From Candidatus Marinacidobacterales bacterium (GTDB taxonomy: Bacteria; Acidobacteriota; Vicinamibacteria; Marinacidobacterales; DATDRI01): 64,000 nt of DNA. The notes beneath the pieces are model-generated. The model searched no databases, was not told the origin of the DNA, and was given only the letters and a program-made list of their open reading frames with translations. Both the position numbers and the translations under genes were made by a program. Numbering within the stretch: position 1 is the first letter of the stretch; each line of letters opens with the position of its first letter. The DNA lies in contig OZ244742.1 in assembly GCA_965219415.1 (NCBI GenBank), positions 1,024,001-1,088,000 on the forward strand, in the 5' to 3' direction. Shown here in pieces: positions 1-9,779 of the stretch.

Positions 1-1362
1 GGCGCGCAAAATCTTGCCCTCTTCCCCTTCGGGGAAAACGATACGCTTCGCCTCTTTCTTCGCCCGCGAGATGATGGTTCGCATCACTTCCCGGCCCCGC
101 CCGAGCTTGGCCTCCAGTCGGTCGCGGTACTCATCGATGTCGATTTGAATTCGAGCCACCCCGGTCTCCATCGCGGCTCGAGCCACCGCCGGTGCTACCC
201 AAGTGAGAACGCGGGGATCGAACGGTTTGGGAATAATGTAGTCGGGACCGAAACGCATCTTGTCGACGCCGTACGCCCGCATAACGGAGTCGGGCGCGTC
301 TTCTTTTGCGAGGTCTGCCAGCGCGCGAACCGCGGCCGCCTTCATCTCCTCGTTCACCGCCTTCGCCCTTACATCGAGCGCCCCCCGGAAGATAAACGGA
401 AAGCCCAGAACGTTGTTCACTTGGTTGGGATAGTCGGTGCGGCCGGTGGCCATGATCAGGTCGTCGCGAACAGAGGTCGCGTCCTCGTAGGTGATCTCGG
501 GGTCGGGGTTCGCCATCGCCATGATGATGGGCTTGTCGTTCATCGATGCGACCATCTCCCTGGTGACCGCGTCCTTCACCGACACGCCGACGAAGAGATC
601 CGCGCCCACCATCGCCTCCGCCAATGTTCGCTTCTTGATGTCGAGAGCGAAGCGAGCCTTGTAGGGGTTCATCCCCTCCTGCCGCCCTTTGTAGATGACA
701 CCTTTGGAGTCACACATGATGGTGTTCTCCGCCTTGACTCCCAATCCCATCATCAGTTGCGCACAGGCGACCCCCGCCGCGCCGGCACCGTTGAAGACCG
801 CCTTCAGATCCGAAATACGTTTCCCGGTTAGCTCCAAGGCGTTGAGGAGCGCGGCACCAGAAATGATAGCCGTGCCGTGTTGGTCATCGTGAAAGACCGG
901 TATGCTCATCGTCTTCTTGAGCTCTTCTTCGACATAGAAACAGTCTGGTGCCTTGATGTCCTCGAGGTTGATGCCTCCGAAGGTCGGCTCGAGCAATTTC
1001 ACGACCCTGACGATTTCCTTTGGATCTGCGGTCGCGAGCTCGATGTCGAACACATCGATATCCGCGAAACGCTTGAATAGAACTCCCTTGCCTTCCATCA
1101 CCGGTTTGGCAGCCATCGGACCGATGTTCCCGAGGCCGAGTACCGCGGTGCCGTTGGTGACCACCGCCACCAAGTTGCCCCGGGCGGTATAGTTGAAGAC
1201 GTCTTCCGGATTCGCCTTGATCTCGAGACAAGGCACCGCGACGCCCGGTGTGTATGCCAAGGACAGATCTCTTTGGGTCCGGCACGGCTTGGTCGGGGTG
1301 ACCTCGATCTTGCCTTTGCGACCGCTCGAGTGATACTCGAGGGCCTCTTGCTTTCCAATCAC
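1..1362 (-). CDS. maeB: NADP-dependent malic enzyme (MaeB type), runs off the window edge
   Basis: Manual translation from GTG 1362: [42 protein letters not shown]...[15 protein letters not shown]...[23 protein letters not shown]; also HDDQHGTAI and [25 protein letters not shown]-type motifs. Confidence 0.95.
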   Translation of the reverse strand, partial: MIGKQEALEYHSSGRKGKIEVTPTKPCRTQRDLSLAYTPGVAVPCLEIKANPEDVFNYTARGNLVAVVTNGTAVLGLGNIGPMAAKPVMEGKGVLFKRFADIDVFDIELATADPKEIVRVVKLLEPTFGGINLEDIKAPDCFYVEEELKKTMSIPVFHDDQHGTAIISGAALLNALELTGKRISDLKAVFNGAGAAGVACAQLMMGLGVKAENTIMCDSKGVIYKGRQEGMNPYKARFALDIKKRTLAEAMVGADLFVGVSVKDAVTREMVASMNDKPIIMAMANPDPEITYEDATSVRDDLIMATGRTDYPNQVNNVLGFPFIFRGALDVRAKAVNEEMKAAAVRALADLAKEDAPDSVMRAYGVDKMRFGPDYIIPKPFDPRVLTWVAPAVARAAMETGVARIQIDIDEYRDRLEAKLGRGREVMRTIISRAKKEAKRIVFPEGEEGKILRA

Positions 1363-1490
1363 TTTTTCACCTCACGCTGGCTTCTGAGCCAGTCATCATA
1401 GCAGAAGAAGCGATTCCTTAGCGGTACGAAAACCTCGGCGAACGCGGTAAAATGAGAACAAATTCACTATGAAACATTGAGAGGCAAACC

Positions 1491-2849
1491 ATGTGGTGGA
1501 AGTTCTTGGTAGCAATGAGTCTGGCAGGCCTCCTCGGAGCCCGGGCAACCCCACCTCAGAAAAACCCAGCGGTGTTCCCATACGCAATCGATCAGAAGGA
1601 ATTCCCAAACGGCCTCCGACTGGTCGGCGTGCACTTCGACAGCCCGGGCCTGGTCTCCTACTACTCCATCGTACACGTGGGCTCGAGACAGGAAGTGGAG
1701 CCGGGCAGGAGCGGCTTCGCTCATTTCTTCGAGCACATGATGTTCCGCGGAACGGATACCTACAGCGAGGACGAATACAATGCGGTACTGACCGCGGTGG
1801 GCGCCGACCACAACGCCAACACCAGCTTCGATTACACGCGTTATCACATCCTGGCGAGCTCGGATTCGCTGCCGAAGATCGTCGAGATCGAGGCAGACCG
1901 CTTTCAGAACCTCCGTTACAGCGAAGAGCAGTTCAAGAAAGAAGCGGGAGCAGTGCTCGGCGAGTACAACAAGAACGCCGCGAGCCCGGTCCAAGGTCTG
2001 CAGGTCGAGCTCTACCAAAAGGCCTTCCGCGTCCACCCCTATCGTCATCTGGTCATCGGGTTCTTGGAAGACATCAAGGCCATGCCCGCGATGCACGACT
2101 ACAGCCTCGAATTCTTCGACCAATTCTACCGACCTGAGTACACGACGATTCTCGTCGTCGGGGATTTCAACTGGCAAGAACTCACCTACTTGGTCGAGAA
2201 GAACTACGGCCAATGGAAGCGTGGCGCCTACACCGCGAAGATTCCAACCGAACCCACTCAAACGGAACCACAAGAATTCAACGTGGAATGGCCGGCACCG
2301 ACACTTCCCTGGCTGATGATTGCCTACCACGCGCCGGCCTTCAATACCGACAACGCCGAGATCCCAACGCTGGACGTGTTGTCTCAGCTCGCTTTCGGTA
2401 GCACGTCTCCACTTCATAGGAAGCTTGTACTCGAAGAGCAGTGGGTTGATTTCATCGGTGCCGGAGCCTTCGACCAGGCGGACCCCACTCTTTACACAAT
2501 CCTGACCCGCGTGCGCCGCCCCGACAAGCTGCCCGAAGTTCGCACCGCCATCTTGGATCAGGTAGGGCGCCTCGGTACCGAGCGTTTCGACGCCGAGCGG
2601 CTATCGTCGACGAAGAGTCACATGAAGTACCAGTTCTTGATGAATATGAACACCGCCGACGCTGTTGGGAACACCTTGTCCCACTACATTGCGCTTACCA
2701 GTGACCCGCAGACCGTGAACCGTGTCTATGAGCTTTACGACTCGGTGACGCCCGACGCCATGCTCGAGGTCGCAAGTAAATACTTTCGTCCTGAGGTGCG
2801 AACGATCGTAACGCTCACGCAGTCGGCGGACGTCAAGGGAGAGGAATAG
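1491..2849 (+). CDS. M16B (insulinase-family) zinc peptidase, catalytic subunit, secreted
   Basis: HFFEH inverted zinc motif (HxxEH); N-terminal signal peptide. Confidence 0.9.
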   Translation: MWWKFLVAMSLAGLLGARATPPQKNPAVFPYAIDQKEFPNGLRLVGVHFDSPGLVSYYSIVHVGSRQEVEPGRSGFAHFFEHMMFRGTDTYSEDEYNAVLTAVGADHNANTSFDYTRYHILASSDSLPKIVEIEADRFQNLRYSEEQFKKEAGAVLGEYNKNAASPVQGLQVELYQKAFRVHPYRHLVIGFLEDIKAMPAMHDYSLEFFDQFYRPEYTTILVVGDFNWQELTYLVEKNYGQWKRGAYTAKIPTEPTQTEPQEFNVEWPAPTLPWLMIAYHAPAFNTDNAEIPTLDVLSQLAFGSTSPLHRKLVLEEQWVDFIGAGAFDQADPTLYTILTRVRRPDKLPEVRTAILDQVGRLGTERFDAERLSSTKSHMKYQFLMNMNTADAVGNTLSHYIALTSDPQTVNRVYELYDSVTPDAMLEVASKYFRPEVRTIVTLTQSADVKGEE

Positions 2850-2855
2850 ACCACC

Positions 2856-4379
2856 ATGTCCCTGCAATCCCTGCAATCAACGATTGGATGCGCGCTGGTC
2901 TTGCTGGTGGCGGCCTCGCTCGGTGCTGCGAGTCGCCCCGCCTCCCCGACCGATCACCCTTCGGTGATCGTCCCGAGCCCAGGGAACCCACTGGTGAGCT
3001 TTCGACTCATGTTCCACACCGGTTCGTCCAACGATCCCGCCGGGAAGGAAGGGCTCAACACTCTCACCGCGATGATGCTCTCTAGCGGCGGGACCGAAAC
3101 GCTCTCGCTCTTCGAAGTGAACCAGAAGCTCTACCCGATGGCTGGGCTCGTGTCGGCGGAAGCGGATAAAGAGGTCACTACGCTGGTGGGTAGAGTACAC
3201 CGCGACTTCATGGAGGATTTCTATACCGTCTACCGTGACCTCCTGCTTCACCCCCGATTCGATCCCGCGGACTTCGAGAGAAACCGCGACCAACTGTTGT
3301 CGTACGTTACCAAGACCCTACGCGGTAGCGACGACGAACAGCTCGGCAAGACCATGCTCGAGGACATGATTTACTCGGGGCATCCTTTTGGCCACCCGAC
3401 GCAGGGGACGGCGGCTGGCCTTCGGAGCACTACCCTCGATGACGTGAAGACGTTCTACCGCACGCACTACAACTTCGCCGCATTGCGGATGGGTCTTGCC
3501 GGAGATCTCCCCGCCGGCTTCGACGAAAGAGTCCGCGAAGACTTCCAAAAAGGCCTCGCGGAGGGCCCCGTCGCGAGAGCGGACATGTCGCAACCGCCAC
3601 GCGGTGACGGCCTCGAAGTACGGATCGCCAAGAAAGCAGCCGACTCCACAGCCATTAGCCTCGGTTTCGCGTACAGTGTCACTCGCTCCGACGCTGATTT
3701 CTATCCTTTGCTGGTCGCGAACACGTACCTCGGGGATCATCGATCCTTCCACGGCGTGCTCATGAACAAACTCCGCGCCGAGCGCGGGCTGAATTACGGA
3801 GATTATTCCTACATCGAAAAATTCATTCAGGATGGATCAGGCACCTTCCCGCTATCTAACATCGTCCGGCATCAGCAGTTTTTCAGCATATGGATTCGTC
3901 CGGTCGTTCCTACTAACGCGCACTTTGCGCTGCGCGCCGCGATCTGGGAGCTCCGGAAGTTCGTCGAGAACGGAATGAGTGAAGAAGACTTCGTGGCAAC
4001 CCGGAACTACCTGTTGAACTACTCCAAACTGTGGGTGCAAAGCCTGGATCGCCGGCTTGGATACCACCTCGACTCGCGTTTCTACGGAACCGAGTACTAC
4101 ATGGATGAGATCGCGACGCGTTTGAAGTCGATGACTGTCGACGATGTGAACCGCGCGGTGAAGAAGCACCTCGACCGCTGGGATATCCGTGTAGCGATTG
4201 TGAGCTCCGACGCGCATGAGCTCGCCGCCGCCCTCCAGGAGAATCGGGCGAGCCCCATTACCTACCAGACCGAGGGAACGCCCCCGGAGGTGCTCGAGGA
4301 GGACAAGAAGATCGAGCGCTTCGAGCTCCCAGTCAAAGCCGTCGACGTGGTCCCGGTAGAACAGCTATTCGAGCAGTGA
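2856..4379 (+). CDS. M16B peptidase, non-catalytic partner subunit
   Basis: M16-like GSSNDPAGKEG and LRAERGLNYG segments but no HxxEH; tandem with the catalytic subunit. Confidence 0.85.
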   Translation: MSLQSLQSTIGCALVLLVAASLGAASRPASPTDHPSVIVPSPGNPLVSFRLMFHTGSSNDPAGKEGLNTLTAMMLSSGGTETLSLFEVNQKLYPMAGLVSAEADKEVTTLVGRVHRDFMEDFYTVYRDLLLHPRFDPADFERNRDQLLSYVTKTLRGSDDEQLGKTMLEDMIYSGHPFGHPTQGTAAGLRSTTLDDVKTFYRTHYNFAALRMGLAGDLPAGFDERVREDFQKGLAEGPVARADMSQPPRGDGLEVRIAKKAADSTAISLGFAYSVTRSDADFYPLLVANTYLGDHRSFHGVLMNKLRAERGLNYGDYSYIEKFIQDGSGTFPLSNIVRHQQFFSIWIRPVVPTNAHFALRAAIWELRKFVENGMSEEDFVATRNYLLNYSKLWVQSLDRRLGYHLDSRFYGTEYYMDEIATRLKSMTVDDVNRAVKKHLDRWDIRVAIVSSDAHELAAALQENRASPITYQTEGTPPEVLEEDKKIERFELPVKAVDVVPVEQLFEQ

Positions 4380-4429
4380 CCAGCTATCCCTAAAAGGGGC
4401 CGAGCCTCGGGGACCGGGCCCCGATTCAA

Positions 4430-4924
4430 TCAGAGCAAGCCGAGATGGGCGAAGGCGGGCAACACGGGCTGAAGCTGAGCCGCCTGCCGTAGCATCTCGA
4501 GACTTTGACGCTGCGTATCGGTCAAGTGCCCTTGGAAGTTCGCAAGAAACTCTGCTTGTATCATTTCGATGGCCTGGCGGCGCTGGTGAATATTGAGCAC
4601 GGTCAAGCCAATGACCGGCGGGTTTTCGCCGGCCGCGATGAGCCCCTCGAGCTGTTTCTCGAGAACGGCAACTTCCTCACGTATCGGTGTCGTGGCCATC
4701 TGCCGCTCCTTAAGCAGGTTCTTGAAAACCCCGACCTGATCCGGACTCAAGTGAAGAAAACGTGCCACCGCCTCGACGTTCGATTCGGTGCTGCCGCCGT
4801 GGGCGTAGCTCGCCGCGGATCCGGTCAGGAGTAGGAGGACGGACGCTGCATAGATCCAGTAGGGTTTGTGAAATCTCATCATGAACTCTCTCTTTCTGCC
4901 CTTTCGGGGCATTTGTGGTTTCAC
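4430..4924 (-). CDS. Spy/CpxP-like (periplasmic heavy-metal sensor family) secreted protein; start may be an ATG near 4880
   Basis: Signal peptide, helical, LSPDQ and LTDTQ (LTxxQ-like) motifs. Confidence 0.6.
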   Translation of the reverse strand: MKPQMPRKGRKREFMMRFHKPYWIYAASVLLLLTGSAASYAHGGSTESNVEAVARFLHLSPDQVGVFKNLLKERQMATTPIREEVAVLEKQLEGLIAAGENPPVIGLTVLNIHQRRQAIEMIQAEFLANFQGHLTDTQRQSLEMLRQAAQLQPVLPAFAHLGLL

Positions 4925-4931
4925 TGTTCAT

Positions 4932-4957
4932 GACATCGCGCGCCGGGCTGTGGTTCA
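4932..4957 (-). promoter_or_regulatory. Putative ECF sigma promoter (TGAAC-N17-TGTC)
   Basis: Same motif and spacing as the copy upstream of the sigma gene. Confidence 0.6.
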
Positions 4958-5101
4958 GGGGAGCGGAAACATAGCGAAGAAAAACTTGGAATCTACGCCT
5001 GTCGACCGAGAGGGAAAGATAGAACCATCATAAACACTGTTGTTTACAGCTTGACCCGCTCCGGGCGGCTCTTCGCGGACAGCGGTTCGCCGATAACGAA
5101 T

Positions 5102-5127
5102 TGAACGTCCCCTGTTTCGGCGGTGTC
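5102..5127 (+). promoter_or_regulatory. Putative ECF autoregulatory promoter (TGAAC-N17-TGTC)
   Basis: GAAC 5103-5106, TGTC 5124-5127, in-frame GTG at 5134. Confidence 0.6.
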
Positions 5128-5133
5128 TTTAAA

Positions 5134-5709
5134 GTGAGCGACAAGCCTAGGATTCACCCATCCGAGATGAGTAGCTTTGTAGAACCGAGCGCCCGGGAGC
5201 CGAGCGCCGTTCTCGACCGTGAAAAGGACTTCGCGCGTTTGGTCGCCGAGAGCCAGCACCGAGTCGTCGCCATCGCGCGCGGCGTGCTAGGAAACCCCCA
5301 AGATGCCGAAGAGGTTGCACAAGATGCCTTCATCCGCGCCTACCGCTTCTTCGAGAGTTTGCGCGAGGCCGACAAGTTTCGGGCGTGGGTCAATCGAATC
5401 GTGTTTACTCTCGCACTCAACCGAAGGCGCGCCACGCGAAGACGGCTCGACCGCGATACGGCGTGGCACCAGAGCCTCGGTGATATTCCGCAGCAGCAAG
5501 GCCGTTGGGCGGTCGACAAGATTTTCCTGAGTGATGTCCGTGCTCAAATCGATTCGCTGCCCGAGAAACTTCGTATCGTCCTCGTGCTCTGTGCGATTGA
5601 GGACATGGAGGCCACCGAAGTGGCCGCGGCCCTTCGGATCCCAACCGGTACGGTGCGCTCGCGCCTTAACTTTGCGCGTAAGCAACTTCTTTCGATGATC
5701 TCACGATGA
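5134..5709 (+). CDS. ECF RNA polymerase sigma factor
   Basis: DAEEVAQDAFIRAY (region 2), FRAWVNRI, IPTGTVRSRLNFAR (region 4). Confidence 0.93.
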   Translation: MSDKPRIHPSEMSSFVEPSAREPSAVLDREKDFARLVAESQHRVVAIARGVLGNPQDAEEVAQDAFIRAYRFFESLREADKFRAWVNRIVFTLALNRRRATRRRLDRDTAWHQSLGDIPQQQGRWAVDKIFLSDVRAQIDSLPEKLRIVLVLCAIEDMEATEVAAALRIPTGTVRSRLNFARKQLLSMISR

Positions 5710-6209
5710 GAACGTGCGACGACAAATGGAATAATGCGTTGATGGATGTCGCTCTTGGGGTGAAAAGCCCCGAGGTCGACCGGCACGTCCGTGATTGCGC
5801 CAGCTGTGCGGGGGCGCTGTCGAGTCTGCGTGCCGACGCTTCCGCTCTCGACGAAGCGGTCGGTGTGCTCTCGAACGCAAAACCCTCACCGTCGTTCCGG
5901 GCTCAGGTCCTGGCTGGAATTCCCGATGCGCCCGATAGGCCCCTGCGACTCTGGCCCTGGTTCGGGGCTGCGTCAGCGGTGTTGGTTGGGATCGCGGTCA
6001 TGGTCGCTATCATCGTCACAACGACACCCCCGGAAAGGGAATACGTGCCTGATCCGGAAATTGCCAATTGGCGTTCGCCCACCGCGGAGCTTCTCTACTC
6101 CGCCTCCTATAAGCAACTCCAGCAGGTCCCGCGCCTGGGCGGCTTCCATGTTGATTTGCCCGAGACTCTATACGAGGAGAACAACGATGAAGAACACGAT
6201 GACAGTTAG
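5706..6209 (+). CDS. Zinc-binding (ZAS) transmembrane anti-sigma factor
   Basis: HVRDCASC (HxxxCxxC) plus one TM helix; overlaps the sigma stop codon (ATGA). Confidence 0.85.
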   Translation: MRTCDDKWNNALMDVALGVKSPEVDRHVRDCASCAGALSSLRADASALDEAVGVLSNAKPSPSFRAQVLAGIPDAPDRPLRLWPWFGAASAVLVGIAVMVAIIVTTTPPEREYVPDPEIANWRSPTAELLYSASYKQLQQVPRLGGFHVDLPETLYEENNDEEHDDS

Positions 6210-6624
6210 CGCCGCGTTGGGTATCAGCCTCCTCATGCTGTCGCCCATCGCTTTCGCGCAGAAACCGGAAAGAGATCCGATCGCGGAGCACCTATTTCCG
6301 CCCGAGCTCATCATGTCGAACCAGAACGCGATTGGGCTCGACGACGAGCAGAAAAACGCGATCCGCGCGGAAGTGCAGCGTGCACAGGCGCGCTTCAGCG
6401 AAGTCCAGTGGCGGCTCCATGACGCGATGGAAATCCTCGCCTCATTGCTGGAGCAGGAGCCAACCGACGAAGCCGCCGTTATGGAGCACCTGGACGAGGT
6501 CCTCGATGCCGAACGGGAAGTCAAACGCACGCAGCTGACTCTGATGATACGGATCAAGAACGAGCTCAACGCGGAGCAGCGGGCGCGCTTGAGCGAGCTG
6601 CGCGCGAGGGAGCCTCGCGAGTAG
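6187..6624 (+). CDS. Spy/CpxP-like periplasmic protein
   Basis: ATG 6187, MKNTMTV signal peptide; LDDEQ and LNAEQ motifs. Confidence 0.8.
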   Translation: MKNTMTVSAALGISLLMLSPIAFAQKPERDPIAEHLFPPELIMSNQNAIGLDDEQKNAIRAEVQRAQARFSEVQWRLHDAMEILASLLEQEPTDEAAVMEHLDEVLDAEREVKRTQLTLMIRIKNELNAEQRARLSELRAREPRE

Positions 6625-6719
6625 TTTCGCGAGACCGACTGGAAGGCCGAACTCCTGTCTTGAACTAAACGTAACGCCGCCGTCACGAGAGCTACCGATT
6701 TCAAATTAGGGAAAACTAA

Positions 6720-8468
6720 TCAGCGTTCAGCGTTTTCTTTCTCTTGATCGAAGATGATCTTCCCTCCGAGGATGGTCATCATCACGTCCACGTCCTTGAT
6801 CTCCGCGTGTGGGATGGAAGTGATGTCCCTCGACAGCACCGCAAAGTCGGCGAGCTTTCCAGGCGTGATACTTCCCTTGTCTGCTTCTTCATACGCCGCC
6901 CATGCCGAGCCCATCGTGTAGGCCTCGATCGCCTCCGACACTGTCAGAATCTGTTCGGGAAACCACCCTCCGGGAGGTTCGCCGGTCATGGTCTTGCGAG
7001 TCACCGCGGCGTAGATTCCGAGAAGCGGGTTCGCGGGATAGTAAGCGGCATTGGTACCCGGCCAATCGGTCCCGAAACAAAGCCGCGCCCCGCCCATCTG
7101 GAGCGACTTGAACGCATACGCTCCCTTGGATCTTTCCTTACCAATGCGCTCTTCCATCCAACGCATATCATCGATGGCGTGATACGGCTGCACTTCGGCA
7201 ACGATTCCCAGCTTTCCGTAGGTTGAGAAATCGTCGGGCCCCACCACTTGGGAGTGAATAATCCTAAAACGGCGGTCCCACCGCGGGTTCTCTTCGATGA
7301 CCGTCTCGTACATGTCGAGAAGCATCGCAATCGCCTTGTCGCCGATGGCGTGAACGTTGGGTACGAGATGCGCTCGGTCTGCTTCCCGAATCAAGCGCAA
7401 CATGTTCCCTTCCGGATGCATCATGTCTCGAAGCTTGCCGGAGTTCTCGGGATCGTGATCGTAGGGTTCGTTGAAAAGCGCGGAACTGTTCCCCATGATG
7501 CCGTCCACGAACCCCTTCAGGCCTCCAATCTTCAGCATGTCGTTGCCGAAACCGGTCTCGATGCCGACCGCGGCGAGATGTTCCACCATATCGAGTGTCG
7601 GACGAGCCCACACCCGAACCGACAACTCGCCACTGCGTAGGAGCTCCTGGAAGACCCGCATCTGATCCCGACGCGTGATGTCGTGGATGCTGGTCACGCC
7701 GTAGCGACGTAACTCAGCGAGCGCGCGCCGACTTTCGATCAGCCGTTGCTCCCAGGGCTTTTCTCCAATGACCGCCTCGACCAATTCGACTGCGGTGCCG
7801 GTCAGGACTCCGGTCGGCTCGCCGTTCGCGTCCCGCTCGATGCTCCCGCCCTCGGGGTCGGGTGTCTCGGCATCGATCCCGGCCTTCTGAAGAGCGAGAC
7901 CGTTAGCCAAATACATGCTTCGGTCGAAGCGACGAATCAAGACAGGATGTGAGCCGCTGACGTCGTCGACCATCTTGCGAGTGGGCGCGAACGGATCCGC
8001 GGGCTTCGACTCACTCGACTCACCGGAAGCCCCTTCCTCCCAAGCCTCGTAGGCGCCCCAATCACCCCCGATGATCCAACTCTCTTCGGGGAGTCGCTTC
8101 GCCACCGTCGTGATCTCATCTCTGAGTCCTCGTTCGTCGTGAACGCGAAGCAAATTCGCACCCAAAAGAAGGGCCCCCGCCTGGGCGAAATGCGTGTGAT
8201 CGTCGACGAAGCCGGGGACCACGAAGCGTCCTTCGAGGTCGACGATGCGCGTAGACCGGCCGATGCGTGAACGGATCTCGGAGTTGGTGCCCACCGCCAC
8301 AATCCGATCACCAAAGACGGCCACCGCCCCGGCTCGGGGCCGATCCGGATCGACGGTGTAGACGGTCCCGTTCAGAAAAACGAGATCGGCTGGCGGTGCC
8401 TGAGCAGCAAGTGGCGCCGCCAGAAACCAAGCGAGCGAGATCAGCCCGGAAGTTCGAAGTCTTGGCAT
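6720..8468 (-). CDS. Amidohydrolase family 3 (YtcJ-like), secreted
   Basis: PGFVDDHTH, HAIGD, RIIHSQ, GTDWP, GSITPGKLADF. Confidence 0.9.
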   Translation of the reverse strand: MPRLRTSGLISLAWFLAAPLAAQAPPADLVFLNGTVYTVDPDRPRAGAVAVFGDRIVAVGTNSEIRSRIGRSTRIVDLEGRFVVPGFVDDHTHFAQAGALLLGANLLRVHDERGLRDEITTVAKRLPEESWIIGGDWGAYEAWEEGASGESSESKPADPFAPTRKMVDDVSGSHPVLIRRFDRSMYLANGLALQKAGIDAETPDPEGGSIERDANGEPTGVLTGTAVELVEAVIGEKPWEQRLIESRRALAELRRYGVTSIHDITRRDQMRVFQELLRSGELSVRVWARPTLDMVEHLAAVGIETGFGNDMLKIGGLKGFVDGIMGNSSALFNEPYDHDPENSGKLRDMMHPEGNMLRLIREADRAHLVPNVHAIGDKAIAMLLDMYETVIEENPRWDRRFRIIHSQVVGPDDFSTYGKLGIVAEVQPYHAIDDMRWMEERIGKERSKGAYAFKSLQMGGARLCFGTDWPGTNAAYYPANPLLGIYAAVTRKTMTGEPPGGWFPEQILTVSEAIEAYTMGSAWAAYEEADKGSITPGKLADFAVLSRDITSIPHAEIKDVDVMMTILGGKIIFDQEKENAER

Positions 8469-8493
8469 GAGCGACTCCTATTTTTGAATAGCC

Positions 8494-9693
8494 TTACCGA
8501 TCTGTGTAGAGGAGGTAGCGGGCGCGGATTTCTTCGAAACGGCTGAGATCGGCCTGCCATCCCTTTTCGATATCGGCCAGCGGCACATCGGCGTCGATTT
8601 GTTCGCGGATTCGGCTATTCCCCGCCAGGACATCGATGGCCAGCTTTTCTGTTTCGTACTCGTAAGTCTCATCCCGCCACGCGAACTCGTTCGGCCAAAG
8701 CCGCCGCAAGGCCTTGATGATTGCCAGTCCTGTTCTCAACGGGCGATACGTCTCCCGATCGATGACGTGTTGCTGAACGCCGCTGCAGAGCTCGCCCGCG
8801 AATTTGTGGAAGGCCGGCTCGAACGAGGTCGGTCTCATGAGAACCCCCGGAAGATTCTCCTTCTCCAGTTCCGTGACCAACCTCCGCGCGTCGACCCACG
8901 GCGCGCCAACCAACTCGAAGGGCCGCGTTGTCCCTCGCCCCTCCGATAGGTTGGTGCCTTCGAAGAGACAACCTCCCGGATAAACCGTCGCGGTATCCAG
9001 CGTCGGCATGTTCGGTGAGGGCATCACCCAAGGAAGTCCCGTTTCGTCAAACCAGCTCGAGCGAACCCAGCCCTTCATGGGAACGACGGTGAGGTTGCAG
9101 CCAATCCCGAACTCTTGGTTGAAGAGCCCAGCGAGCTCTCCTGCCGTCATTCCATGTCGATTGGCGATCGGGTAGAGCCCTACGAAAGAAACGTAGCTCT
9201 CCTCGATGAGATTCCCTTCGACGCGCAAGCCTCCAATCGGGTTCGGGCGATCCAACACGATCGCCTCTTTCCCATCCCGGGCGCAGGCTTGCATCGCGTG
9301 AGCCATCGTCCAAATGAAGGTGTAGTAGCGAGAGCCGATATCTTGAACATCGAAGACGAGCGCGTCTAGACCTGTCAACATCTGAGGAGTCGGGATGCGT
9401 GTCGCGCCGTAGAGGCTATGAACGGGGATCCCGGCGTCGCTGCGGTCCTCGACTTCGATGTGATCCTGCGCGTGGCCGGCGATCCCGTGCTCGGGGCCAA
9501 AGAGCGCCTTCAACTGTCCCGTCTCCCGCAGTCGATCGGCGGCGTGGCGCATCGCGGAATCGACGGTGGCGGGATTCGCGATGAGGCCTAGACGCTTTTC
9601 ACGGATGGCGTCGACACGATCTTCGAACAACCGCTCCAGGCCCGTCGTGACGGGCGGGGGCTCGGTCGGCGGTCTGGACGAGGAAGGACTCAC
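8494..9693 (-). CDS. namZ: Exo-beta-N-acetylmuramidase NamZ (DUF1343)
   Basis: LFGPEHG, FDVQDIGSRYYT, LDRPNP, PSPNMP, SEGRGTTRPFE. Confidence 0.9.
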   Translation of the reverse strand: MSPSSSRPPTEPPPVTTGLERLFEDRVDAIREKRLGLIANPATVDSAMRHAADRLRETGQLKALFGPEHGIAGHAQDHIEVEDRSDAGIPVHSLYGATRIPTPQMLTGLDALVFDVQDIGSRYYTFIWTMAHAMQACARDGKEAIVLDRPNPIGGLRVEGNLIEESYVSFVGLYPIANRHGMTAGELAGLFNQEFGIGCNLTVVPMKGWVRSSWFDETGLPWVMPSPNMPTLDTATVYPGGCLFEGTNLSEGRGTTRPFELVGAPWVDARRLVTELEKENLPGVLMRPTSFEPAFHKFAGELCSGVQQHVIDRETYRPLRTGLAIIKALRRLWPNEFAWRDETYEYETEKLAIDVLAGNSRIREQIDADVPLADIEKGWQADLSRFEEIRARYLLYTDR

Positions 9694-9779
9694 GTCGGCG
9701 GCTATATTGGCCGAAAAAAGGGGGCCTTTCAAGCTTTCAGGCTCCCTGCGTATTTCCCTCCCCAAAATTCCGTATCACA

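Noticed and set aside
145-831. Long plus-strand ORFs opposite maeB, and similar antisense ORFs opposite groEL, P450 and the permeases
   Set aside because: Shadow ORFs caused by high GC and codon bias on the true coding strand
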